A stretch of 64,000 nucleotides of DNA from Vicugna vicugna (lineage: Eukaryota). Positions 36,551 to 47,030 of the stretch are shown here, in pieces. Made by a program: the position numbers and the translations under genes. The stretch lies in the NCBI GenBank assembly GCA_013265495.1, contig MU058636.1, positions 1,116,001 to 1,180,000 of the forward strand. The letters run 5' to 3'. How positions within the stretch are numbered: the stretch's first letter is position 1; every line of letters starts with the position of its first letter. Below the pieces are notes generated by a model. It was not told where the DNA came from, made no database searches, and was given only the letters and a program-made list of their open reading frames with translations.

Positions 36551-38589
36551 AATCTGCTAGCCAGTAAAAGCTAAAAGCTGTCGCTGGTTCTTCTCCCAAG
36601 CCACATCCTACTCTCAGAAGGGACTAAAAAGCCAACTGATTTAAAACTCTTCATTCAAACCATGAAATCTTAATGATCTTTCTACATGGAAGTAAGATTT
36701 CATTAGTTATTGATGACTTCTCATTAACACAGCTCCAACGTACACAATCATGGAGGAAAGGGGAATCTGAGAGATCCCCCCCCAAAAAAAACCACTCCTG
36801 CCCATGACTAAGCCGCAAGGCTCAGTCGCAGGCCAGGTAGAACACTCTTGACCGTGGGGAGGGCTGCCCTCGGGATCCCGAAGGCCAGGCTGACACTCTG
36901 TGATGTGACCCTTTGGGAAGGGCTGTCACAGCTGTCCCCCTGCAAGGCAGACACACCGGAGAGTCCTCTCCTCTCCTTGCTGAAGATGAAGGCGGGTGAG
37001 CTGGCGGCTGGGGGCGGAATGTCCTCCTGGCCAGCCGCTCACTGAGCTTTCCCTCTTGAGAAGCCGTATCCTGTGGGCTTGGACCCTCCATGCTGCTCCC
37101 GGTTCAAGTTTCTCTGTGTGGGTCTCACACTACTGACTTAGTAAACGTGTTCTCCTTGCTTCGGACTTCCTGTCCTTTGGGCAGTTAGTGCCACCGAATG
37201 AGGATGGTGTGAGAAAACTCAAACACTCTCCCCGCTCAGAGCACCTGCGCTGGCTGCTCAGTGTCTCCAGAGAGGGCACCTCACCCGCTGACATCACATC
37301 TTACTTTAAAAGAAGAAATAAATGGAACTTCATTTCTCTGTCCTTTTCCAGGTAATTGAAATGATGCGACCCTGAAGCAAGTCCACATTTAGGTGGGTTC
37401 CAAATGGCCTCCCTGCTTCTTAAAGTAGGACAAAATACAAAAAGTAGTAAGAGTGACATAGCCGGCTTCCACCCCGAGGTGGTGGAAAGGCCGCCGAGAG
37501 GGAGGTGAGCTCGCCCCCTGCACCCCGCACCCCACCCCACCCCTGCCGTGATGGATTCTACTCGAAGCTGCTGAGTTCTGGTGCTGCTTCCTAGAGTGGA
37601 GCTGCTGGGGCTGCCCAGGTGGCCGTCAGACTTGGACTCCACAGAAGTCAATACTTAAATATTGACAGGTTTGCCTATTTAACCAAGCAACTAGCTTTTA
37701 CAAAGCTAAACAACCAGCTGTTCCATGAATCAGACAAATCAGTGGGTTTCTCTGGCTACAGAAAAGGTCTTGGTCCCTAACCTGCCAGGCTGGAGAGGAT
37801 TCCTTCCTCCTCTATGCCTTGCCCCGGTTCACCATTCCAGGCTTGAACATGAACCTTGCCTCTGCCTGAGAGGGCAGCTGCCGGCCCCGTCCAGACACAA
37901 ACGAAAAGCCCAGTGGCCGGTCCTGCTGAGGGCAGGCAGGCGGCTCCAGGAGAGCCTGCTTGTTCACAGAGAGATGGGAGAAAGAGCCGGGGACAAGGGA
38001 GGTGTGGGCAGCACTATGATCAGGTTACGTGGGCTAAAGAAGCAGTCAGCTCGAGAAGAGTCCATGTGGACTTTCAGACCATTGCCTGGAGGGGGGCCGG
38101 GAAGGATGCTGGGAGCGCCCACCTTCCAGGCAGGAGCCTGACCTCCCACTTCTCTCGAACCAACCCCATTTCTAGCAGCTGGGCCTGCTGCCCCTCCACC
38201 TCCCCTCCCCTCAACAGACTTCCCCGGACATGATCCAGCTCGGCTCAGGACCCCACCGCCTCCCAGGGTCTCTGCACTCCTGTCCCCTCCGTGTCCCTCA
38301 AACACAGAATCTCCCTTCCTGCCCCGAGCCTGGCTGCAGCTTTGCTGCACCCCATTTGCTGGCTTGATTGGTGATGCTGGGGTAAAGGGTGGTTTCCCAT
38401 CGGAGGGCAGACACCGTGACTGTACAGGTCACTGAGGTCACCTGAAACCCAGTACCTGTCGAAAAGCAGCAGCCTGAACACTTTTGCTGAATAAATGGAT
38501 AGCATTTGCCTAAAGGGAACTCTTCTTGGAAGTCATGAACAGAATATGCAACTGGATTACTGCTGCTCTGACTCAGAAAATCATGCATG

Positions 38590-39180
38590 TCCTCAAAGAC
38601 GTGGGCCAGTGCCTTCGCTACAAAATTAATGCGTTCTCCAAATACCTTTTCATTATTCAATTCCTCTGCTCAGAACCTGAGTGGCTCCTCTGTGAATGCC
38701 GCTCTCCTTAGCCCGGCAGCCAAGACCCTGCACAAGCCCAGCTCTCCCTTCCTCTTCCAGCACCATGCCACACCAGCCTCCATCCCAGCAGGACTGCTCC
38801 CGGAGCACAAATCCTCATCCCTGCCTCCATGCAGCTGTCACTGGACACACTGTTCTCTTCCAACCCCTCCCTATCGGCCAACTCCTACCCCTACACCAAG
38901 GCCCTACCCAATGGTTACTCTGTCTATGAGTTCTCCTTAAACATTCCAACTCACAGTAACTGTCCATCCACAAGCCTATAGGACTGACAACATCTGCTAT
39001 TCCCGGGACACTGCAGGTCTGTGATGTCGTCTGTATTCTTGCCATGCATGATCTAGTTGTGTGCACAGAACTCCTGTCCCTGCCAACTAGATAAGCCTTC
39101 ATGCTCTCTGTGGCCCCCATGTGCCTACAGCAGTGCACACAGTAGCTGTTTCCCAACAGTTAACTGCATGAACGATGGAA
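38590..39180 (+). mobile_element. L2 remnant
   Basis: caagaccctgcacaagcccagc...ccagcctcc...tgccaactagataagccttc...cacagtagctgtt...tgcatgaacgatgga. Confidence 0.5.
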
Positions 39181-39917
39181 GGACTGAGACCTCTTCCCCT
39201 CCTTCTCTGGACAGGCTGACCAGAGCCTGCAAAGGTAGCTAGAGGGGAGAAGTAGAGAGATGCCCTCTGCCTGTGTACCCTGGGAGCCCAGGGTGGTGGG
39301 GTGGCTGGGACTGTCCTAAGCTGAAGAGGATAGAGACAGTTCACTGGCAGGCTGGGGAGGTCCCCACTGTCACTCTTCATGGGAGCAGCCCTCTGAGTGG
39401 TGGAGCAGGCTGCACAGGTTGGGTGTTGAGAAAGAGACTAGCGTCCCCAAGGAAGGGCTCGGGCCGAGCCAGCTGGCATACCTGCTGTAACGCAGCGCCA
39501 TGGGGGCTGTTCTCCATAAGAATTAGTGAGTCACACTTTAGAGTATCTTGTTAAATGCAGATTTATCCCTCAAGTCTGAAAACAAGATCCGTTGCTTCTG
39601 TATCAAACCAGCTGGCTTCATGATACCTACGGACAGCTTATCTTCCAGCAACAAGTCTTTAAATCTCCCCTGGCAAATGTGTCTCACTGGCATTTCCTCA
39701 CCAAATGTGCATTATCCCTACCCAGCAAAATCGATTTTCCCTTAGAAGTGGGCGTGTAAGTAACCATCACGTAGTGGGAGGACACGTGATGTGTCACAAT
39801 ACACAATGTCGTTATTATTAATGTGTTCGCTGTGTTGGCTATCAAACACTGAGAAGGCTCTGGCTCAGTCCTGGAATTTCTCCAGCAGATCCTGGACTAG
39901 GATTTTTCCTCTGAGAC

Positions 39918-40374
39918 TGTAACAAAGAACTTGTTGTCCTCCAGTATCCAATCTCCCTGTTTTACTTCATAGGAAAGTGCTTGATTTTTAGCTGGGCGCA
40001 AGACTTCTTCGCATAGACATCACATTTCCAGCCCCCTTTGGAACCAGGTGTGCTCATGTGACTAAGTGGAAGTGTCATGTGTGACTTCAAATAAATGCCT
40101 TTAAAATAAGAAAGTGTACTCTTCCTTTTTGCTTTTCTTTCATCTTCCACCATGTTGAAATGCCAGCATGATGTCTGGAGCTCAAGCAGCCATCCTGGAC
40201 TATGAGGTAATATGCTGAGGAAGTGGAGGGTAGCTAGATAGAAGGAGTCTGGGTCTCCAATTACTGACAGCTGACATATCAACCCTGGACTTCATTTACA
40301 CGAGACAAACTACTAAATTATTTAAGCAATTGTTATCCTGGTTGTGTGTCACTGTAGCCAATTGTAACCCTAAT
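39918..40374 (+). mobile_element. MLT1J-like MaLR solo LTR
   Basis: cacatttccagcccccttt...catgtgactaag...ctggagctcaagcagccatcctggactatgagg...aaggagtctgggtc. Confidence 0.7.
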
Positions 40375-40801
40375 TGTGGTGGTTGTTTTTTTGTGTCTAT
40401 TTCTACCCATATCCTATGGCCTTTATCGCTTGTCTCCCTTGTCCTCTGGCTTTTGATTAAATTTAGCCAATGGGAGGCACTGGCAAGAGAACGGAGGGTG
40501 AGAGCCGAGAGAGAGAAGGACATTCTTCCTCCCTGCTTTCTCCATGCCTGGATACAGCAGGGTTTGCTCTTTCTCACCTGACAGTTCCTGCCAGGAGGCC
40601 TCTCCTCTTTATCTCCAGTTCTTACCAGGCTCTTTTCCCTCTAGACCTGGGGTAGGAATATTGCTGACCTCTGGGATGCTCAGCAACCTTTGCAGGTTCC
40701 CTCAATCGTGCTCGTGCCTCTGAAATAGTCCCTTTATTAATTTGCCTTTAGTTACACAGTTTGGTAGAATTCTGTTTTCTTCTAGGACCTTGACTGATAG
40801 A
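40375..40801 (+). mobile_element. ERVL solo LTR, LTR33-like
   Basis: cccttgtcctctggctttt...ttagccaatgggaggcactggcaagaga...aaatagtccctttattaa...ggaccttgactgataga. Same family as 20676-21109, opposite strand. Confidence 0.65.
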
Positions 40802-41226
40802 CTAAGTGAGGCAGGGACCAGTGGGGGAATACCTTATCTTGCTAGTCAGCACCTTCATAACCAGTCAATAAACAGCACTTTACTAGTTTACTCCGCTTAG
40901 GTGTCCCTTATTCCATGAAGGTTCCCTTGTGCCATCCCCCATCCAAAGACTACGTTAGGGCCCTTTCTTCCCAAGCATTCTCATAGGGTCCTACACTTAC
41001 ACATCACAGTTCTCCATATTAAACTTGTGTTTGTAGGTTTCCCCCTCGGTACTTTAAATCTCTTTGATGACAAGGACTGGTTATTATTCAAACATCTCTC
41101 ACAGTGCCTGGCACATAGTAACATGGCTGAATATGAAAAAAAATACTCCTGTTGGGGTGCAGTGAAGAGAAAATGATGGGGCTACTGTCCGTGGTCCTGA
41201 ATAGCACAGCCAGGCACTGTGCACAT

Positions 41227-42254
41227 TGTGTCCAAACTCCCTAGCAAAGTAGAAACCAGGTTATAGGATGTGCTGTGGGGACAGGAGAGAGGATTTAAGA
41301 GACGGATGATAGGAGAGAGAAAGAGAATAAAGAACTGGTCCACGTGGTTGTATACGCAGCTCTCTGGAGGAAGCCGCTCTCAGCAGGAAACCCCTGTCCT
41401 TGTCAATTTAGCCAAAGCTACACTGTAACTAGTATTTAAATCAGGCGCCCCCATGCTCCTCTCATCTCTGGCCCAAGCACAGCTTTCAAATCTTTTGGTC
41501 ACACAGTACCTTGCCTAGCAGCCTGTTGGTTCTTTCTGCAGATCAAAGAAGTAGAAATGAAGAATAAGTAACTAACAGATGACTGGACCTCCTCCCTAGC
41601 TTCCCCTTCAGTGATCTCACGAACAAACCATGTGAACAAGACAGCATCTAAAGAAAGATCAACAAGAAGTCAACAAGCCTGCACGCAGCGGGAGACGGTG
41701 ATAAGACTGGTCCCCTGTCTCAGTGATTAACTGAGATTACACACCCTTTTCCCTTTAAAATTCTTCATGGCTGAGCAGAATCTTTGGAGATGGTTTTTGA
41801 GGGACACTGAGTACACCACCTCCCCAGACTCTGATTAAAAGCAATTTTCCTTTCTATCAACAACTGCCTCTCAGGTATTGATTTTCAAGTGGCGAGCAGC
41901 TGGACCTGAGTTCAGTAACAACTGTGGAGGCTTGATGAGTCCAAAATCTGCAAGGCAGGTTGGCAAGCTGGAGACCCTGGCAAGAGTTGCAGTTTGAGTC
42001 CTAAGGCAGTCTTCTAGAAGAATTCTTTCTTGCTGGGGGGGGTCAGTCTTTGGCTCTATTAAGGCCTTTCAGGGGCCAGATGGGCCCCACCTATGTTATA
42101 ATCTGCTTTATTCAAAGTCCACCAACTTAAATGTTAATCTCAGCCAAAAAATACATTTCACAGAAACAGCCAGAATAATGTTTGACCAAAAATCTGGGCA
42201 TCACGGCCAGACATTTGGATTTCCTATTTCAAGTTGACACAATTAACCATCACA
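41227..42254 (-). mobile_element. MLT2-type ERVL solo LTR split by an ERV1 LTR
   Basis: aagaactggtccacgtg, then tgtggaggcttgatgagtccaaaatctgcaaggcagg...ataatctgctttattcaaagtccacc...aagttgacacaattaaccatcaca. Confidence 0.8.
41349..41920 (+). mobile_element. ERV1 solo LTR (MER34/MER39-like), TG...CA bounded
   Basis: Begins tgt at 41349; ccctttaaaa TATA-like element; attaaa poly-A signal; ends ggcgagcagctggacctgagttcagtaaca. No clean TSD. Confidence 0.7.
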
Positions 42255-42549
42255 TGGTTTATAGGCTATTCTAATGGTATGAGGAGAAGGGATGTAGGAT
42301 ATGACATACAGGAGAGAAAGAAAAAGACAGAGACAGATCCAGTAGCATAACCCCCCCCCAGGAAAATAAAATTTTGCTGTCATATCTAAATCATTTGTGC
42401 TAACAAGAAAGAAGCCACAACCAAAAACAGATGAACCAGTGAGCCCCTGAAGGAGAGTCAGGACTGTATGTGCAAGTGTCACCCTGAAAAACCACACTGA
42501 CACAGGCTGGCAATGCCAACCATGTGACAGGAACTATTATAGTCTCTTC

Positions 42550-42730
42550 CCATGGGTAACTCATTTAATCCTCACAACAACCCAAAAAGGAGGTGTGACT
42601 ATTGTCCCCATTTTATAGATGAAAAAACTGAGGCACAGAGATATTAGTAACCTCTGAAAGGCCCCCACTCTAGGAAGCAGTGGAGGCAGAATTTAAACCC
42701 AGGCAGTCAGCCATAGACTCTATTTCTAAC
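42550..42730 (-). mobile_element. MIR fragment
   Basis: aactcatttaatcctcacaacaaccc...ccccattttatagatgaaaaaactgaggcacagaga...atttaaacccaggcagtc. Confidence 0.85.
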
Positions 42731-43749
42731 TGAAGCCCAGGCTGAGGAGGTCACATCTGCTCAGCTGTCTGCGTGGAGACCTTTCCTGTAACGACACTGA
42801 CCAGCTGGTTTGCTCTGGGCTCTGAGAAGGCGGCTTGGCCTGTACCACACACAGGCTATGACAGACCTTTTGTTAAGCACACATCTTGAGCTGGGAAATA
42901 CCGAGCTGTTATCAAGTGGGACTACTGGATGATGATGCTGACCTCACCCCTGCTCTACCTCGGGCGCACGAACATTTTTATTCTCTTCTGGAAAGCCCTA
43001 CTGGTTAGGATCAGGGAGGTTTATTAATTTTTAAGTTACTACCAGTTCTAAGTATATAGATAGTCACGTGCTCTTTCTATGTAAAACAGGAATTAGTAGC
43101 TGGGATGCAGCACACAGTGTGGAAAGCTCTCTGCTTTGGTGCCAGGCAGACCAGGTCATCAGCCTCTTTGAGCCTTGGTTCCTCCTCCCGACCCTCAGCG
43201 TTGCTGTGGCTGTCGGGGCTAGTGAACGTGAGACCCTCAGCGTGGGCTGGGACACAGCAGGGCTGGACAGCACTGGGTGTCATTATCGATGTTATAATCA
43301 GCGAGGAGCCTTTCCAGAGGGGCCTGCCAGGGTTCTGATCTCTGTGCACACGATGGCTGCCGTCCAAGGTGAACGGCAGGAGGGTGGAAGGAAGAGGAAG
43401 CAGAGTGGCCCAACAGTGAAAACAAACCCACCAGTGGTTTCTGACCCTGCACGAGGCTGTTCTGCGGCTGCGATTCACGTACCCTGATGCCACAGCCCCT
43501 CTGTAGTCTGCGGGCCTGGCTGTGGGCGGAGATGCCGGTTTCCACCTCCCCTTGGGGTTCCTGGGTGCACGGAGAAACACCCACAGCTCTGCTCTTTTAC
43601 CTTCTCCCAGGAGGCTCAACTTCCTGCCTAACTGAGCTCGAAGACATTTTCCTACAAAGCCGAGTCCTACGTGAGACCAAACTCCGGACAGAGGAGAGAT
43701 GCCGACTTGGCCCATCTAAGCAGGCCCTGCTCCTGGGGCTCCGGGGAAA

Positions 43750-43768
43750 TGGCGCCCTCTGGTGTCGG
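43750..43768 (-). promoter_or_regulatory. Candidate CTCF binding motif, reverse
   Basis: Reverse complement CCGACACCAGAGGGCGCCA versus consensus TGGCCACCAGRGGGCGCYA. Lies in unique sequence. Confidence 0.55.
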
Positions 43769-45179
43769 CTCAAGACCGGTGGGTCAGCCTGGGAGCTGGC
43801 CGACTTCACCTTGAGAGCCAAGTCTCTTCAAAGCCAGCCTTTTGTGGAAGTCTTGGTTTGCAGAAATCCTTTTCTGCAAGAGGAATTTCTCTGGGGGAGA
43901 GGAACTGTGCCTTCAGTGAGACGGCATCGAGTTATTTAGAGTTTAACTTCCATCAGGCAGCGGGTATCATTCTAGCAGACCCGGGCATTGGCAACTGTGC
44001 ACCATGACCTCTGAGTGGAAAATAAAAGCCAGCTGGCAGGGAGGAGATGCCTCCTCCGGCCCAGGGTCTGTCTCTCTTTCTTAAACCTTTTACTCTGATA
44101 TTCCAAGAAGTGTCTCAGAACAGCAGAAGGGATCCTCTCTTCCCAGCGTGACAAGAATGACATACAGTCCAATCTCTCTTACATTGTCCTCCTGAGCTTT
44201 GCCCAGAGAAGGCAGAGCCCTGAGCGCTGCCAATCGACTGACTCCAGGCTTTGAATCACACCACTGAAATGAACTGCCGGGCCCTGGGGGACAGGGCCCC
44301 TCCCTCCCTCGGAGGGGTTATTCCATTAGGTCAGAGGAGGAGCGACTTGGGAGGCGGCTTCCTTGGCTCTAGGACACTGTCAACACTGACTCCTCTGTCC
44401 CTGTGTGTCTGTCAGCCTAGGGAAGACGTCAAGGTGACTGTCAGGCTAGCAGAGCCAGGCTGGGGAAGTGTCATTAACAAAAGGGAACATGTGAACTGTT
44501 TAGTTCTTGGCTTACATTTAAATATTTCCATAACCAGAAAGAAAATGTCACTAAGGCTTAGATCCTCTCTCGGGGCTTTGTGGAGAGAACCGCGGGGGAC
44601 CCAGGAGGGGCAAGTTAGTGCCAGAGGTCTGGACCGTGTTAAAGCAGACAGTAACTAGGTTTAATAACAGTCTTTGCACTAGACCTCGGGGGTCCTGGCA
44701 GCCTCGGTTACTCTGGTTCTTATCTTCCTTTTCCCTGTATTGTCTTTGGTTGCCCTTGACCGCAGAGGGGCTTGTAGCTAGAAAATTCCGATTTCCTATT
44801 TCAAACTTGCCAGGAAAAATGCCCCCCCACCCTCCGCGTAGTCTGTGTATCTGGTGCAGCTCGTCTGCAGGCGGCACAGACTGTGTCTCATCTCGTGTGA
44901 TGCTGCTCGCCTAATTACTGTTTTCTCCCTTAAATGCTAGCAGTAATCTAACTCTAATGTGCTTGCTAATGAGCACGGCTCAGGAGCTCCACGTGTAAAG
45001 GTCTGTAAGAGTCTTTCTGTCACTGTCATCACCGTATATTCTCATTTCACATGTGTTGCGGCCAAAGTAATAAACCCTGCACAATGCTGTGAGACACTGC
45101 GCGTAATACTCGTAAAGAGAAAGCTGTGGCCTTAGCTTAGACGTATAAAATGCTCATGTTGAAAGGACATGGAAAGGTC

Positions 45180-45320
45180 ATTTATTTAGATGCTTTGCTT
45201 TACATATGAGAAAACTGAGGCTCAGAGAGATGCAGTGACATTTGCTGGGGTCACCCCATAGCGAAGTGGGACCAGAACCCAGGCCTCCCAACTCCCGATC
45301 CTGTGAAGTTCACACCACAG
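45180..45320 (-). mobile_element. MIR fragment
   Basis: tttacatatgagaaaactgaggctcagagag...gggaccagaacccaggcctccc. Confidence 0.7.
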
Positions 45321-45334
45321 AATCTTCATCCTTA

Positions 45335-45830
45335 AGGATGCATTTGCATATCTGGCTCTTGGATTCAGCTTCCACAAATACAAGGACCAGATGTTCACTG
45401 CAGTATTCATTACAACAGTGAAAATTTTGGAAACAATCTATGGCCAGCATTATAATGGCCAGCATTAAGAAAACTGTAAAATAAATGGTGATATACTGAA
45501 ATATTATCTAAATATTATACAGTTACATGTTGCCTGTTGTAATTATACATTATATGAACATTACAAATCATCTTTGGAAAATATCTAATGGCCAGGCAGG
45601 ATACTCAGAATGCAATGCTGAGCGAAAAAATATCAGACAACAAAACTGAATGCATGAAGCCAAACAGCAATTTGGTTTTGTATCTCTAGTAAAATAGAAG
45701 AGTACATCAAAGAGGATTTTTTGAGATGGTAGGATTATGAGTCACGTTTGTCCTCTTTTTTTAAACTTCTCCACGTTTTAAGATTTTCTATAATTTGCAT
45801 GTCTTAATTCAATTTATAATTAGAATAAAC
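45335..45830 (+). mobile_element. Old L1 (L1ME-like) ORF2 end and 3' UTR remnant
   Basis: gatgttcactgcagtattcattacaacagtgaaaattttggaaacaatcta...ataaatggtgatata; AT-rich tail. Confidence 0.55.
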
Positions 45831-46146
45831 TCGTGGGTTTTTTTTTTTTAAGAGGAAAGATAAGCAAGCCTTCAGAACTTGAAAGGGATTTTTCTCAGCC
45901 TGAGAGACAGCAATCACAGAGGATTATGAGAAAATTCCTAGAAGCTAGAGCCGTTTGCCCAGCCGCTGCTGAATTATTAAATGGCGAGACCGAAGCCTAA
46001 GTGAGGAAGACAAGTCAGCACCCGGTGCTCGCTCTTCTCCTCCGGGTCTTACTTTCCTCAAACAGTGTCTGCTGACGGCTCGGAGTTCATTGCCATGAGC
46101 CTGAGCTGCTGTGTGTGCTGGTAGCTGTGATGAGGTGGAGGGTGGC

Positions 46147-46149
<3 letters not shown>

Positions 46150-46181
<32 letters not shown>
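46150..46181. repeat. (TG)16 perfect microsatellite
   Basis: 32 bp of uninterrupted TG. Confidence 0.97.
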
Positions 46182-46183
<2 letters not shown>

Positions 46184-46894
46184 TTACTGCAGTACCAGGT
46201 ACGGTGAGCACTCAAAGAATTGCAGCCCTTCACCCCAACATTCCACTTCCTAGATAATAAAATAAATTTAAATTAAACCAACCTCGTCTTTTTTGTATAC
46301 GAAACAGAAATTGTTTGTTAACAAGCAGTGCTTGAGAGGATACAGCAGAAATACCACAGGATGTGAAGTAACACCATCAATTTGAAATTCAATTGGCAAT
46401 GAGATTCAAGAGCCGCTCATTACTTAGCCTTTGATCCAATAATCTTATCTCTGGGCCTTTACATGAAAGAGAAAAATAAAGAAGAAGAAACCGCTCTGTG
46501 CCTCAAGATACTCGTTCCCAGACTATTTCAAAAGGCATACAATTGGGAACAACAAAGAGTTCCAAAAAGAGGAGGACCTGTAGTAAAACTGCCGCATGTT
46601 TGGGGTGATACTATGAAGAAAAGCGTTACGAGCACATGCTTGTGGTATTCTATTTTAAAATCAGAACATTAAAAGCACACATTATTTTGTCATTATGAAT
46701 ATAATTATATAAAATATACACAGAAAGGAAAAACTACAATCTATTTTGTTAAAGTGGTAAGGTTTTAGATTACTTTGTCTATTTTCCAACTTTTTTAATA
46801 TTAAAAAACAATGATAATTGCTCCACTGGTTTTTCGGGGTCATGTCCTGCTGGGCTGGATTGTTTAGAACTGTCAGACACAGCATTTATAACAT

Positions 46895-47030
46895 GCAGTG
46901 GTAGAAAGGCCATCTCTGGAGGCAAACTGCCTGAGTTCATGTGCCTGGTTCTTTCACCCTCTGGCTGTGTGGCCTTGGTGGTTTACTTAAGCCTCTGTTT
47001 CCTCATCTGTAAAATGGGAGGTCATAAAAG
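46895..47030 (+). mobile_element. MIR fragment
   Basis: ctgtgtggccttgg...ttacttaagcctctgtttcctcatctgtaaaatggg. Confidence 0.75.

Noticed and set aside
42211..42232. Apparent ~19-nt insert in the MLT2 LTR sharing gatttcctatttcaa with 44790-44804
   Set aside because: Exact 15-mer pairs are expected about twice by chance in a window this size, and my recall of the consensus is not precise enough to define the insert.
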